A DNA stretch of 53,257 nucleotides from Candidatus Vogelbacteria bacterium (GTDB taxonomy: Bacteria; Patescibacteriota; Minisyncoccia; Phycocordibacterales; JACOZG01): positions 1-53,257 of the forward strand of contig JACOZG010000021.1 in assembly GCA_016181465.1 (NCBI GenBank). Reading direction: 5' to 3'. The notes under the pieces were generated by a model, which had not been told where the DNA came from, ran no database searches, and was given only the letters and a program-made list of their open reading frames with translations. Every line of letters begins with the position of its first letter. Within the stretch, counting starts at the first letter, position 1. Made by a program: the position numbers and the translations under genes. Shown one piece after another: positions 27,546 to 37,073 of this stretch.

Positions 27546-28661
27546 TTAAGCCAGGGCCTCCAGATGCCGAAGCGCCAGACCAACCGCCACGGCAAAACCA
27601 GGACCGGTTTTCGAGAGCACCCCTTCCAGGAACGCCGGGTACTCCACTTTGGCGAACGGCTGGCCGAGCATTACCGGCACTTCAAAACTCTGTTGAGCGA
27701 GCTCGACCAGACCCCGGAGGAGCGCGCCGCTACCGATCAAAATGACCTTCTCAATCGAGCGACGCTGCCGCGTCTCGTAAATTGTCAACACCTTATGGGC
27801 CTCGGCGAAAATGTATTCCACGATGGTGCTGGCGAGACCGGAAATGTTCTGTCCCTCGTAACGTTCCAAGAGTCCGACCGACCGCTTAATCTCTTCGGCC
27901 TTGGCAAACTCCAAACCGAGCGAACGGGAAATCGCCAAAGTGATGTCTTGCGCGCCCTTGCTGATGGTGTGCGAGATCCGGACAATGCCGTAATCCACGA
28001 TCGCCAACTTGGTGGTGCCGGCGCCGAGATCCAGAATCACCGTCGCCCCGCGCTCGCCGGAAAAAATTGACCGAATGGCGCTAAAGGTCTCAATCTCGAA
28101 AAAGGCCGGCGTCAGTTCCAGACGTTTCAAGTGGGCGGTGTCCTGATTGATCACTTCTTTGTGGATGGCGGCGAGGAGCACCTCAACTTTTTTCGGCTCC
28201 CCGGCCGCCGGAGCGCCGGCGGCCGGTTGAGGAATCACCCACCAATCAAGTTCCACTTCTGAAATCGGCACAGGAATGTATTTACGCGCCTCAATCGGGA
28301 TAACCTTGCCGAGTTGAGACGGACTAAGCGGCGGCAACTCAATGATCAAGAGGAGACTGGAACGGAGCGGAATAGCGACGGAAACCGCCCGGGCGGTAAT
28401 ATTGGCCTCGCGGAAGAGATCGCCGAGGAGTTCCGCCATCTGATCGCCCGAGAGATTAGACACCTGGCCAACAGCGAGGTGACCGTAAGGGCCGACGGCC
28501 ATCTCGCCGTAGGTCTCAAGAATCGCCCGCCCCTTGTCGCGCCGCAGCTGCACCGCCTTAACCGAGGAATGACCAAGGTCAAGACCGACGACTCGATTAT
28601 CTTTCGTTTGCCAAAGAGCCGACTGACCAAAATGAAAAAACTTTCCCAGAGAATTTGCCAT
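27546..28661 (-). CDS. pilM: PilM (actin-like ATPase of the type IV pilus alignment complex)
   Basis: 371 aa with VVGLDLGHSSVKAV and DLGAGTTKLAIV phosphate-binding motifs of the actin/FtsA fold. It is the first gene of the pil series. Confidence 0.9.
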   Translation of the reverse strand: MANSLGKFFHFGQSALWQTKDNRVVGLDLGHSSVKAVQLRRDKGRAILETYGEMAVGPYGHLAVGQVSNLSGDQMAELLGDLFREANITARAVSVAIPLRSSLLLIIELPPLSPSQLGKVIPIEARKYIPVPISEVELDWWVIPQPAAGAPAAGEPKKVEVLLAAIHKEVINQDTAHLKRLELTPAFFEIETFSAIRSIFSGERGATVILDLGAGTTKLAIVDYGIVRISHTISKGAQDITLAISRSLGLEFAKAEEIKRSVGLLERYEGQNISGLASTIVEYIFAEAHKVLTIYETRQRRSIEKVILIGSGALLRGLVELAQQSFEVPVMLGQPFAKVEYPAFLEGVLSKTGPGFAVAVGLALRHLEALA

Positions 28662-28682
28662 AATATTTCAATGAAATATTAT
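28660..28682. promoter_or_regulatory. 23-bp palindrome in the pilM / comF divergent region
   Basis: ATAATATTTCA-a-TGAAATATTAT has 11-bp perfect arms. It overlaps the pilM ATG and abuts a minus-strand TATAAT at 28683-28678. Confidence 0.45.
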
Positions 28683-28709
28683 AGCACGAGGTAATTATAC
28701 CACGATAGG

Positions 28710-29357
28710 ATGCTGACTTTTATCCACAGATACCTGCTCGACCTTTTCTTCCCCCAAAGCTGTCTTGGCTGCGGCCAACCGAAGGAACGACTCTGTGTTC
28801 GTTGCCTTGATGAGTTGCCGCCGCAGAATGCCCAAGAAAAAGGGGTTTTCAGCGTTTTTGACTACCAAACAGCTCTCATCAAAAGGGCGATCTGGCGTTT
28901 GAAATACAAGGGAGAAAAACCGATCGCTTTGAGACTCGGTCAGGAACTCTATCGGCGCGGCCGGGCGCGCCTTGATTTGCCGGCCAATCAGCATCAACCG
29001 CTAATAGTGATACCGATTCCGCTTAGCCGCCGGCGTCTGGCCGAACGCGGTTTTAATCAAGCCGCCCTGATCGCCAAAGCCCTCGTTGACTGTAACCCGA
29101 GCCAGCTACGATTTGCTGACGACGTTTTAGTCAAAATTAAAAACACGGCGGCGCAAGTGGCGATGAAGAGCCGCGCGGCGCGGCGCGCCAATCTCGCCGG
29201 CGCCTTTGCCGTTCGAAATTCAGCTCTCGTCGCTGGGCAAACGATCATCCTGATTGACGATGTGGCGACTACCGGCGCCACGATGGCCGAAGCCAAACGA
29301 ACGTTGATGAGCGTTGGCGCCAAACGAGTGATCAGCCTCACCGTGGCGCGTGGCTAG
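28710..29357 (+). CDS. comFC: ComF family protein (phosphoribosyltransferase-like, ComFC type)
   Basis: It has an N-terminal Cys4 motif (CLGCG..CVRC), RGFNQA, and the PRT motif IILIDDVATTGAT. Confidence 0.85.
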   Translation: MLTFIHRYLLDLFFPQSCLGCGQPKERLCVRCLDELPPQNAQEKGVFSVFDYQTALIKRAIWRLKYKGEKPIALRLGQELYRRGRARLDLPANQHQPLIVIPIPLSRRRLAERGFNQAALIAKALVDCNPSQLRFADDVLVKIKNTAAQVAMKSRAARRANLAGAFAVRNSALVAGQTIILIDDVATTGATMAEAKRTLMSVGAKRVISLTVARG

Positions 29358-29389
29358 AGATAAAAAATTGTGCTAGTTTAGAATTATCA

Positions 29390-29477
29390 GGAAGAGTGCC
29401 GGAGCGGTTAACGGAACGGTTTGCTAAACCGTGGGGATCTTAAAAGTCCCCCGTGGGTTCGAATCCCACCTCTTCCG
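29390..29477 (+). tRNA. tRNA-Ser (anticodon GCU)
   Basis: GGAAGAG-TG-CCGGAGCGGTTAACGG..ACGGT-TTGCTAA-ACCGT, with a long variable arm and ..GGTTCGAATCC..CTCTTCC-G. Length is 88 nt. Confidence 0.9.
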
Positions 29478-29495
29478 TTTTTGAAAATCCGCCCG

Positions 29496-30587
29496 CTAGG
29501 GCGCTAAAACAGACTTAGCCCGCCAGACATCGTTCCGCCAGCGCCAAGCGGCGTCCATACCGGCGAAAAGCCACAGCTCGCCGCGGAAAATGAGCGCCGC
29601 GTGATCCTCGCGTCCCGGCCACGGCGCCGGGGACGACGGTTTAAGCCAATTTTTTCCATCAGTCGTGAACCAGACATCGCTCACCCCTTCATTCCGATCC
29701 GTGTCCCAGCCGCTCGCGAGCCACAAACGATCGAGTTTACCCGACCCGGCTACCGGGGCGGGCCAATTTAAGAGCGCGTGGCCGTGGCGCGGCCCCCACG
29801 GCGCCTTCACCGTCACCAACTGCCACTTCTGGCCATCGCTTGAAACCCAGACCTCGCCATTTGCCCTGCCCTCGGCCAAACCGCCAGTCAGCCAGAGACG
29901 ATCTTGGAACACTTCCACCGCGTGGTCGTAGCGGCCGGACCACGGCGTGGAAGAAGCAACGAGCATCCAGTTAAGACCATCGAGTGATGACCAGACATCA
30001 TTGTAAACCAGTCGTTTGTCAAAATTGATTCCACCCATAAGCCAAAGTTTATTTTGGAAAACAGTCAGGGTCTGGCCCTCGCGCGGCGGAAAGGCCGCGC
30101 TCGAAGTGGCCAATTCCCAATTAACGCCGTCCGACGAAAGCCAGATGTCGCTTTGATAGCCGCCCACTGGACTCCAGCCGCCAAGCATCAACAGACGATC
30201 CTGCTCGCCCGGCGCCGAGGCGACGGGCCAAGGCACAACAGACAATGACCGCCGCGCCGGCCAGGCCGCCGCGCCGGTTTCTTGATTCCAGTTCGTACCG
30301 TCAACCGACGACCAAATATCATGATAGTGCGGCAGTTCCCAATATTTCACATTGTTAACCAAACCTTGACCGCCGTTCACACCGCCCATAAGCCATAACT
30401 TATCCTGCCAGACTAACGCCGCCGCGGCATCGCGCGCCGGCCACGGCGCCGTGCTTGTGGCTTCTTGCCATTGCAAATCAAGCGCCGGTTTTCTAATTTC
30501 CACTGGAGCAAACGCCGCCTGTTTAACAAACAAAAACGCGCCGATTACCGCGGCTAAAAAGACGATCATCATCACCTTTTTTAACAT
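29496..30587 (-). CDS. Secreted Kelch-like beta-propeller repeat protein
   Basis: 363 aa with an N-terminal anchor and about 6 repeats of the pattern ..LW(L/V).GG....(V/I)W.S.DG..W.......PW..R..H. Confidence 0.7.
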   Translation of the reverse strand: MLKKVMMIVFLAAVIGAFLFVKQAAFAPVEIRKPALDLQWQEATSTAPWPARDAAAALVWQDKLWLMGGVNGGQGLVNNVKYWELPHYHDIWSSVDGTNWNQETGAAAWPARRSLSVVPWPVASAPGEQDRLLMLGGWSPVGGYQSDIWLSSDGVNWELATSSAAFPPREGQTLTVFQNKLWLMGGINFDKRLVYNDVWSSLDGLNWMLVASSTPWSGRYDHAVEVFQDRLWLTGGLAEGRANGEVWVSSDGQKWQLVTVKAPWGPRHGHALLNWPAPVAGSGKLDRLWLASGWDTDRNEGVSDVWFTTDGKNWLKPSSPAPWPGREDHAALIFRGELWLFAGMDAAWRWRNDVWRAKSVLAP

Positions 30588-30610
30588 CGCCTTAATGCTA
30601 TAATGCGGCC

Positions 30611-32731
30611 GTGGAAAAAGCCATCACCGAACATTTTCGGCTAAAACCGGTCCAAATCCAAGGCCTGAATAAACTCGGATTAAAAACGCTCCGCGATCTC
30701 CTCTACCACTTCCCCGCCCGCTACGAGCGGCCGGCGCCGGAAAAACTAATTCGGGAACTCCGCGCCGGCGAGACCGCGGCGATCCACGGCCAGGTAATCA
30801 AAACCAAAATCAGTCTGGCTTTCCGCAAAAAAATCCCCTTGGCCGAAGTGATCATCGAAGACGCCACCGGGCGGATTAAGGCCGTCTGGTTCCATCAACC
30901 GTATCTGGCCAAAAAAATTCATGAGGGCGAGTGGTTGAGGGTCAGCGGCAAGGTCAGCGCCAGAAAAGAACAACTCTATTTTGCCAACCCGTCGTTTCAA
31001 GCGGCGGCCGAAACCTCGATTTTCCAAAACACCGCCGCGCCGAAGTCCTCGTCTCTAACGCCGGTCTACCCGGAAACGCGGGGCTTATCGAGCGTCTGGT
31101 TTGAGTACACGCTCAAGCAAACGTTCGCCAGCGGCGCCGCGAGCGAACTCGACGACCCTTTGCCTGAAATGATCCGCGCCCGCTACCACCTGCTGGCGCT
31201 CGGTCAGGCGCTCCTCCTCATCCATCAACCGCGGCTGGAAAAAGAGGCCTTGGCGGCGCGCAAACGTTTTGCCTTTGAAGAAGTTTTTTTTATCCAACTC
31301 AAACGACTTAAAGACAAACTTGAGTATGGGCGCGGCGGCGCGCGGCGGATCGAGACTACCGAAGAAATCCTGACTGAATTTTTAAAACGTTTGCCCTTCG
31401 CGCCGACCGCGGCCCAACGCCGGGCCATCGGGCAAATTCTCGCCGACTTAGATCAAGACCGGCCGATGATGCGACTGCTCGAAGGTGATGTCGGCTCGGG
31501 CAAAACCGCCGTCGCCGCGGCCGCGGCTTACGCCGCGGCACGCGCCGGCTTGGAAACGACGTTTATGGCGCCGACCGAGATTCTCGCTCGCCAGCATTTT
31601 GAATCGTTCATTAGCAACTTCGCCGGCGACAATATCAATATCGGTCTAATCACCTCAAGCGAATGCCGCAAATTCCCGTCCAAGCTAGACCCTAACAAAC
31701 ACACGCACATCTCGCGGGCCCAACTCTTAAAGTGGGTGAAGACGGGCGAAATTCCCATTGTCGTCGGCACGCATTCCTTAATCCAGAAAGCCGTCGCCTT
31801 CAAGAGTCTGGCTTTGGCGGTGATAGACGAGCAGCACCGCTTTGGTGTCAAACAGCGCGCCGCGTTGGTAAAAAAGGGCGGCGGCCGAGCGCCGCACCTC
31901 TTGTCGTTGACCGCCACGCCGATCCCGCGAACCTTGGCGCTCACGGCCTACGGCGATCTGGACCTGACGCTTTTGGATGAACTGCCGCCGGGCCGGAAAC
32001 CGATCATCACGGAAATCGTAATGGAAGAAAAAAGAAACGAGGCCTATCGGAAAATCAAAAAAGAGCTTGAACTGGGACGGCAAGCCTTTATCATCTGCCC
32101 GCGAATTGATCTGCCGGACCCGGCCAAAGCGCTCGCCCTTTACGCTAAATCAGCCAAACAAGAAGCGCGCCGGCTCCAAGAAAAAATTTTTCCCGAGTGG
32201 AAAATCGGTCTGCTCCACAGCAAACTGCGCCCGAAAGATAAAGAGCAGGTGATGGCCGACTTCCAGGGCGGCGCCGTCCAGATCCTCGTCGCCACCTCGG
32301 TGGTGGAAGTGGGCGTTAATGTGCCGAACGCCACGGTCATCGTCATCGAAGGCGCCGAGCGCTTCGGCTTGGCCCAACTGCATCAACTTCGCGGCCGCGT
32401 CTGGCGCAGTCACCATCAGGCCTACTGTTTTTTGTTCACTGACGCTACTTCGGCTAAGATCATTGAACGATTGAAGGCGATCCAAACCGCCAAAAACGGT
32501 TTCGAGCTGGCCGAGCTTGATTTGAGACTGCGCGGCGCCGGCTCCCTGGCCGGCCCTAAGCAGTGGGGTCTTTCCGATCTCGGCATGGAGGCCCTGCAAA
32601 ATCTGAAAATGGTCGAGGCGGCGCGGGCGGAAGCGCGAGCGATGCTCACTGAAGATCCGGAACTAAAAAAAAATCCGATAATCCGCGAACGTCTTGCCGC
32701 GACCGCTAATCAACCGATTCATTTCGAATAA
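30611..32731 (+). CDS. recG: ATP-dependent DNA helicase RecG
   Basis: 706 aa with a wedge/OB N-domain and helicase motifs GDVGSGKT, DEQHRFGV, SLTATPIPRT and QLHQLRGRV. The start codon is GTG. Confidence 0.95.
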   Translation: MEKAITEHFRLKPVQIQGLNKLGLKTLRDLLYHFPARYERPAPEKLIRELRAGETAAIHGQVIKTKISLAFRKKIPLAEVIIEDATGRIKAVWFHQPYLAKKIHEGEWLRVSGKVSARKEQLYFANPSFQAAAETSIFQNTAAPKSSSLTPVYPETRGLSSVWFEYTLKQTFASGAASELDDPLPEMIRARYHLLALGQALLLIHQPRLEKEALAARKRFAFEEVFFIQLKRLKDKLEYGRGGARRIETTEEILTEFLKRLPFAPTAAQRRAIGQILADLDQDRPMMRLLEGDVGSGKTAVAAAAAYAAARAGLETTFMAPTEILARQHFESFISNFAGDNINIGLITSSECRKFPSKLDPNKHTHISRAQLLKWVKTGEIPIVVGTHSLIQKAVAFKSLALAVIDEQHRFGVKQRAALVKKGGGRAPHLLSLTATPIPRTLALTAYGDLDLTLLDELPPGRKPIITEIVMEEKRNEAYRKIKKELELGRQAFIICPRIDLPDPAKALALYAKSAKQEARRLQEKIFPEWKIGLLHSKLRPKDKEQVMADFQGGAVQILVATSVVEVGVNVPNATVIVIEGAERFGLAQLHQLRGRVWRSHHQAYCFLFTDATSAKIIERLKAIQTAKNGFELAELDLRLRGAGSLAGPKQWGLSDLGMEALQNLKMVEAARAEARAMLTEDPELKKNPIIRERLAATANQPIHFE

Positions 32732-32740
32732 ATTCATGGC

Positions 32741-32775
32741 AAGGCGAGACCTTGCCACGGGCAAGGTCTCGCCTT
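32741..32775. repeat. REPIN-like doublet (class AAGGCGAGACCTT) between convergent genes
   Basis: 32741-32753 AAGGCGAGACCTT and 32763-32775 AAGGTCTCGCCTT are the same arms as the ligA copy at 13854-13889. The doublet probably doubles as a bidirectional terminator. Confidence 0.8.
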
Positions 32776-32779
32776 GATA

Positions 32780-33874
32780 TTAAAAAACGGAAAAAGCACT
32801 GTCGCTCAAATCACCGAGCGGCAGTTGCAAACTGGTGATTTTAATTAGGTAATCACCGCCAGCGAGAAGTGCGGTCGGCACAACCCAGTTGTAGGCGCCG
32901 GCCGCGGCCGGAAGAGAAACCGCGATCGTCCGCACCGGCAGATTGGGATAGGCGGCGCGGACAAGGAAGATTGAGACGGTCTCGACGCCGACGGCGCGCC
33001 AGGTAATTGCCAGATTCGCGCCGCGCGCCGCGCGCTCGCCGCCGTTCGGCGAAAGGACAACCAGAGATGGCGTTTGCCCGGCCGGCGAAACAATTTTAAT
33101 CGCGCCGCTTTTGGCGCAAACCGCCGAGCCAAAATAACAAATCTGCAAGCGATAATCGCCGTTTGGCGGGATCAGGTCGTAAGCGGTCTGGCCAACAGTC
33201 CAACTGAAGGAGCCGGTATTCGGCGCCTGGGCCGCGAGCAAATACGGCCAGTTGTTCGCCGTATTAATTAGATTGATCGCTAGGGAGCCGTTGCCGTTCC
33301 CCTGCCATTCGATCGCGCGTTCCTGGCCGCGGGTTAAAGTCTCGCCGCCGGCCGGACTTAAAATTTTCAACTCACTGGTTGGCGCGCCGACCGTCAAGGT
33401 GAACACGGCGTCGCTCTCGTCACACAGATTGAACGGGTAAAAATAGCAGACGCGGAGACGATACGAACCGGCCGGCGCGTTGGCGCCGGAAAGCAATTTA
33501 CCGGCCGGCCAAACATAAAGACCGGTGTTGGGCGCGCCGGAAAATACGGCGTAAGCCGGAATCGATCCCGTCACAACACTCGGGACAAGCCAGAGATTGA
33601 CCGCAGTGTTGGTGTAATCCGTTTGCCAGCGGATCAAACGAGAAGTGCCAATTGTCCAACTCTCGCCGCCGTTGGGAGAGATGACCGCGGGCGGCTGGCC
33701 AGAAAGAGTAGGTAAAGGCGGCCGCGATTGCAAAAGGAGCAGTTGGGCTTGCAATTTCTGGACCAGTTGCTGCAAAAGCAGAATTAGAGTCTCTTGGTTA
33801 GCCGGAGCCGCGGCTCGCGCCGCGGCCGGCAAAATTAAACCAATGAATAAAATAATGACTAAAAACTTTTTCAT
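32780..33874 (-). CDS. Secreted repeat protein (three SPxGGE..W..G....I.W modules)
   Basis: The start is set at ATG 33874 (MKKFLVIILFIGLILPAAARA signal peptide). It has a Leu/Gln coiled segment and then three Kre9/KNH-like repeats, each ending in ..Y.L.(V/I)C. Confidence 0.7.
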   Translation of the reverse strand: MKKFLVIILFIGLILPAAARAAAPANQETLILLLQQLVQKLQAQLLLLQSRPPLPTLSGQPPAVISPNGGESWTIGTSRLIRWQTDYTNTAVNLWLVPSVVTGSIPAYAVFSGAPNTGLYVWPAGKLLSGANAPAGSYRLRVCYFYPFNLCDESDAVFTLTVGAPTSELKILSPAGGETLTRGQERAIEWQGNGNGSLAINLINTANNWPYLLAAQAPNTGSFSWTVGQTAYDLIPPNGDYRLQICYFGSAVCAKSGAIKIVSPAGQTPSLVVLSPNGGERAARGANLAITWRAVGVETVSIFLVRAAYPNLPVRTIAVSLPAAAGAYNWVVPTALLAGGDYLIKITSLQLPLGDLSDSAFSVF

Positions 33875-33908
33875 TACCCAATCATACCTCCGAGCCGTCA
33901 CCGAATGC

Positions 33909-33931
33909 AAACCCCGCCAGAGGCGGGGTTT
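33909..33931 (-). terminator. Hairpin terminator after the large surface-protein gene
   Basis: AAACCCCGCC-agag-GGCGGGGTTT, a 10-bp stem. Confidence 0.6.
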
Positions 33932-33934
33932 GCC

Positions 33935-33947
33935 AAGGGCTGCCCTT
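33935..33947. repeat. Single REP-like hairpin AAGGGCTGCCCTT
   Basis: It has the AAGGG-N3-CCCTT architecture, as in the arms at 14263-14296. It is intergenic. Confidence 0.5.
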
Positions 33948-33973
33948 GGTAAATGAGTGGTGGGGTGTAATTT

Positions 33974-36036
33974 TTACGGGGCGGAGACTGGTTTAACATC
34001 CACGGTCACGGAAGCCTCCCGGCCGGCCTCAACGACGAAAATCGCGGAGCCGCCGTCGGTATAGCCCACGGCCGAGGCCTTAACATAATACTTGCCGGAT
34101 TTCAGATCGCCGAAATAAACTGACGGCACATTGTCGCTACCGTAAGGCACGGTAACGCCACTCTTCAGTAATTGGTTGTTATCGGCCGAGTAAAGCCAAA
34201 CTTTGGCGTCCTTAATTTTGTAAGTGTTGTAACCATCCACCCACCAGACCCAAACCCGCGCGCCACCGTAAACAGGTTGCGGCTGTTCCACCTTATAATA
34301 GGCCGTGGCTTTATTGTTATTCTCATTAGTTTCGGCGTAAAGATTTTCTGGGTCAACTATTACCTCTCCGCTGTAGCCGGTGCTCGGCATCGCGTTGAAA
34401 CCCCAAGTGGCATAATACCACTGATGAGCAAGGCCGCAATTCACCATCGGTTCCCAATGGCCATGCATGTTGAATCCCTTAATCACGACGCCATTCACAG
34501 TAATCCAAACCGGAAAACTATTGACACTGTAAGTGCCGCGATTACAGAAACGCACGAAAGGTCCGTCTTTATTCAACTCAAACGACATCACTTCGAAATC
34601 CAAGCCGGGCTGATTGGGTGGATTAACGGTAGTCGAATCATAAATCTTGAAGGAGGAGTCGCTCCAATCATTCCAATAACAATCATTGTCAGAACGACAG
34701 AGAGAAACACTCATCCAGTAGGTTCCAGATTTTATAGTCGAGGGGATAGTCCAATACTCCACTCCGTCGTTTTCAGTCTTTGAATAAACCGGGTACCAAT
34801 TACCAGAAAAATTAGAGATGCTTATTCTGATAAACACGTCGGTGGCGTTAGTTTTCCATTGAATTGGATAGGAGAAACCCTTCTGCCACGACTCCCCTCC
34901 ATTGGGGCTAAATATTTGAACTGGAGATGGAACAGGGGGATTAACTCCGCCACCCCCCACCACGACGCTCAAACTCGTGCTGTTGGATTGCCCGGCGTTG
35001 TCCGTGACTCTGAATTTCGGATAATAAGTGCCGGCTTGGGCGTAGGAGTGAGTGAAGGTGGCGGTTTGCTGGATTTTTTCAACCGTAGGCGCATAAGCCA
35101 CACCGCCGGAAACCATTGTCTCGTCACCCCAGATCACGCTGTAACTAAGCGTCCCATTCTCCGGATCACTCGCCTGCACGCTCCAAGTGCCAGTCTCGCC
35201 GATTTTCAATGCAGTCGGACCTTCAACACCGGAGATTGTCGGCGGCTTGTTGCCAGTGTAATCACTGGTAACGATTTTGAAGTATGAATCGCTAGCATCG
35301 CAAGTCCGAGTAGCATAATTAACTGAATCCCAGACGCAAACCTCAATCCAATAACCTTGATCTGTACTCAATGGGAAACCGCCAAGAGTTTGTCCTACCG
35401 TCCATTCGTAACTGCCAGTGTTAGGTATGCGACTGGCAATACCATAGGAACTGTTAGGACCATTTTTCTCGTAATTCCAAGAAGTTACCAAATGGATATC
35501 TATTAAATCAGATGCGGTCCCCCTCCAGGCCCAATTTATATTTATCTTTTTTCCTACAGTTAAGTATTCGCCCCCATTGGGTGAAAGAACTCTTACAACA
35601 CCGTCAGGTGGAATCGGCTTCGGCGGGACAGTGCTACCGCACCCATACAAGCGATTAAGCACCTTGCGCGTGGACGGACCGACATAGCCGGTCGGGTTGG
35701 CGAGGCCGAGCGGCGCTAAAATTTCTTTGGCATATTTCAACTGAAAAGCCGAGACCGCCGCGGCTGTGGCTTCGGTGAAGGTCACCTGGCTCTTCTTTTT
35801 TTCCACTTCGAAATAATGCCGCCCGAACCCACGCCGAGATTCTTCTCAAAAGTGAAGCACCAGGATTGCTGACCTGGCTGACCCTGCAACTGGGCCAGTT
35901 GTTGTTTGAGGTAAGCAATTTGCTGCTCAAGTTGAGCAATCAACTTGGCAATGTCATCGGCTGATTGGGCCTTGAGCGCCAAGGGCGCGACCAAAAACGA
36001 CAAAACCAACAAGCTAAATAACGCTTTTTTAATCAT
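33974..36036 (-). pseudogene. Large multidomain surface protein split by a frameshift at an A7 tract (pseudogene, phase-variable gene or sequencing error)
   Basis: The N-fragment 35782-36036 carries a signal peptide, a coiled coil and the start of a PG-binding-like module (FEKNLGVGSGG). The C-fragment 33974-35806 carries the rest of that module, SPNGGE modules, a PKD-like domain and a C-terminal beta-sandwich. One extra A in the run at 35796-35802 would join the two frames. Confidence 0.7.
35796..35802 (-). repeat. A7 homopolymer (T7 on the plus strand) at the frameshift point
   Basis: The minus strand reads ..TGG AAA AAA AGA AGA GCC AGG TGA. With A8 it would read TGG AAA AAA AAG AAG AGC CAG.., which continues in the long downstream frame. 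Confidence 0.8.
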
Positions 36037-36099
36037 AAGTTTCGTCTTTATTAAAGTGATTAATAATTTAGGAAGATTGCCAATATGACGGGTATTGGA

Positions 36100-36107
36100 C
36101 CCCCCCC
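36100..36107 (-). repeat. G8 homopolymer (C8 on the plus strand) 64-71 nt upstream of the surface-protein start codon
   Basis: Counted directly: GGAC CCCCCCC ACC. Confidence 0.8.
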
Positions 36108-36121
36108 ACCTTACCACAGAC

Positions 36122-36150
36122 AAAAAAGGGACGCAAGTGGATTGCGTCCC
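36122..36150 (-). terminator. Intrinsic terminator after the PRTase-like gene
   Basis: The minus strand reads GGGACGCAA-tccac-TTGCGTCCC followed by TTTTTTG. Confidence 0.8.
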
Positions 36151-36156
36151 GATGTC

Positions 36157-36711
36157 TCACCAAACATTGACCGGCGTCGGCGCTCGGCACAATGGGCAAT
36201 CAGATTCAGCATGGCTCTCGAGGTCCAACGAAACGAGGCTGAAAAGAGGAGCGCCGATCATCTCGGCCGTGACGTCGCCGCAATTGCAGATGACGGCGGC
36301 CGCCGTCGCCTTGCCCTGCGCTGACTGCACGACGCGAATCACATCCCGTAAAGTATCGCCAGTGACTGTTTCGTCAGCCACCACCGCGACGTTCTGGTTC
36401 GCCACGAGCTCGCCATGACCCCGTTGCCATTCAAAAGTGCCGCCAACCTTAGTGACGATGGCCGACCTGACTTTTCGCCGATTCAAGAGAGACAAATCAG
36501 CGGCCACAAATACGGCTAAGATCGCCCCATAGGTTCCCGGCCCAACCACCACATCAATCTGATTATCCATCAGTCGTCCGGCCAGATTGATACTGATGGT
36601 TCTGATTAAGGCAGGGTCGGTGTAAATCACATTCCGGTTGAAAGAATTATCTTCCTGCAAAACTCTGGCCGCCAGCAAGGTGTCCCTGATTTCTCTTTCG
36701 GCCGCACTCAT
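36157..36711 (-). CDS. Phosphoribosyltransferase-family protein (orotate-PRT-like)
   Basis: The PRPP-binding loop is VAVVADETVTGDT. The start is uncertain: ATG 36711 (MSAAERE..) is preferred over the ORF-track start at 36810. Confidence 0.7.
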   Translation of the reverse strand: MSAAEREIRDTLLAARVLQEDNSFNRNVIYTDPALIRTISINLAGRLMDNQIDVVVGPGTYGAILAVFVAADLSLLNRRKVRSAIVTKVGGTFEWQRGHGELVANQNVAVVADETVTGDTLRDVIRVVQSAQGKATAAAVICNCGDVTAEMIGAPLFSLVSLDLESHAESDCPLCRAPTPVNVW

Positions 36712-36931
36712 AATCCAACTCCCTTCTGCCACTCGCAAGGTCCAAATCCGATCAGAACCGCTCTGACCGTTTCTGTCTCCCAGCTTAGCGAAGGAGGGCT
36801 CAAAAAGCAAGTGGATACCGGATTTAATTAATGAAGAATGAGTCGAGGTTCAAAATTAAAATTGTACCAAAATTAGACGATCGTCTGATTGTGGAACAAT
36901 TACAAAATTAATTAATGTTGGATTGTCGAAT

Positions 36932-37046
36932 GGAACACTGTGGAGCCTGTCCGCCTCTGGTGGGGATGTGGGAACTATGCTGGAGGGGATTTATGTACCA
37001 GTTCTAGTGTAAAGAAACCCGCCGAGTTTAGATCAACGACGGGTTC
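36932..37046. repeat. Conserved module R1, copy 1 (includes a minus-strand terminator hairpin)
   Basis: GGAACACTGTGG..GGATGTGGGAACTATGCTGGAGGGG.TTTA....CC.GTTCT.GT.T.AA.AAACCCGC..loop..CGGGTTC aligns with 39792-39883. Copy 1 carries an 18-nt insertion. Confidence 0.7.
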
Positions 37047-37073
37047 ATATGAGATAGATACGCTACGCACAGT

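Noticed and set aside
36965-36990. Sigma54 (-24/-12) promoter in the conserved module (TGGGAACTATGCTGG)
   Set aside because: The GG-to-GC spacing is about 7-8 nt instead of the required 10. No enhancer-binding-protein context is present.
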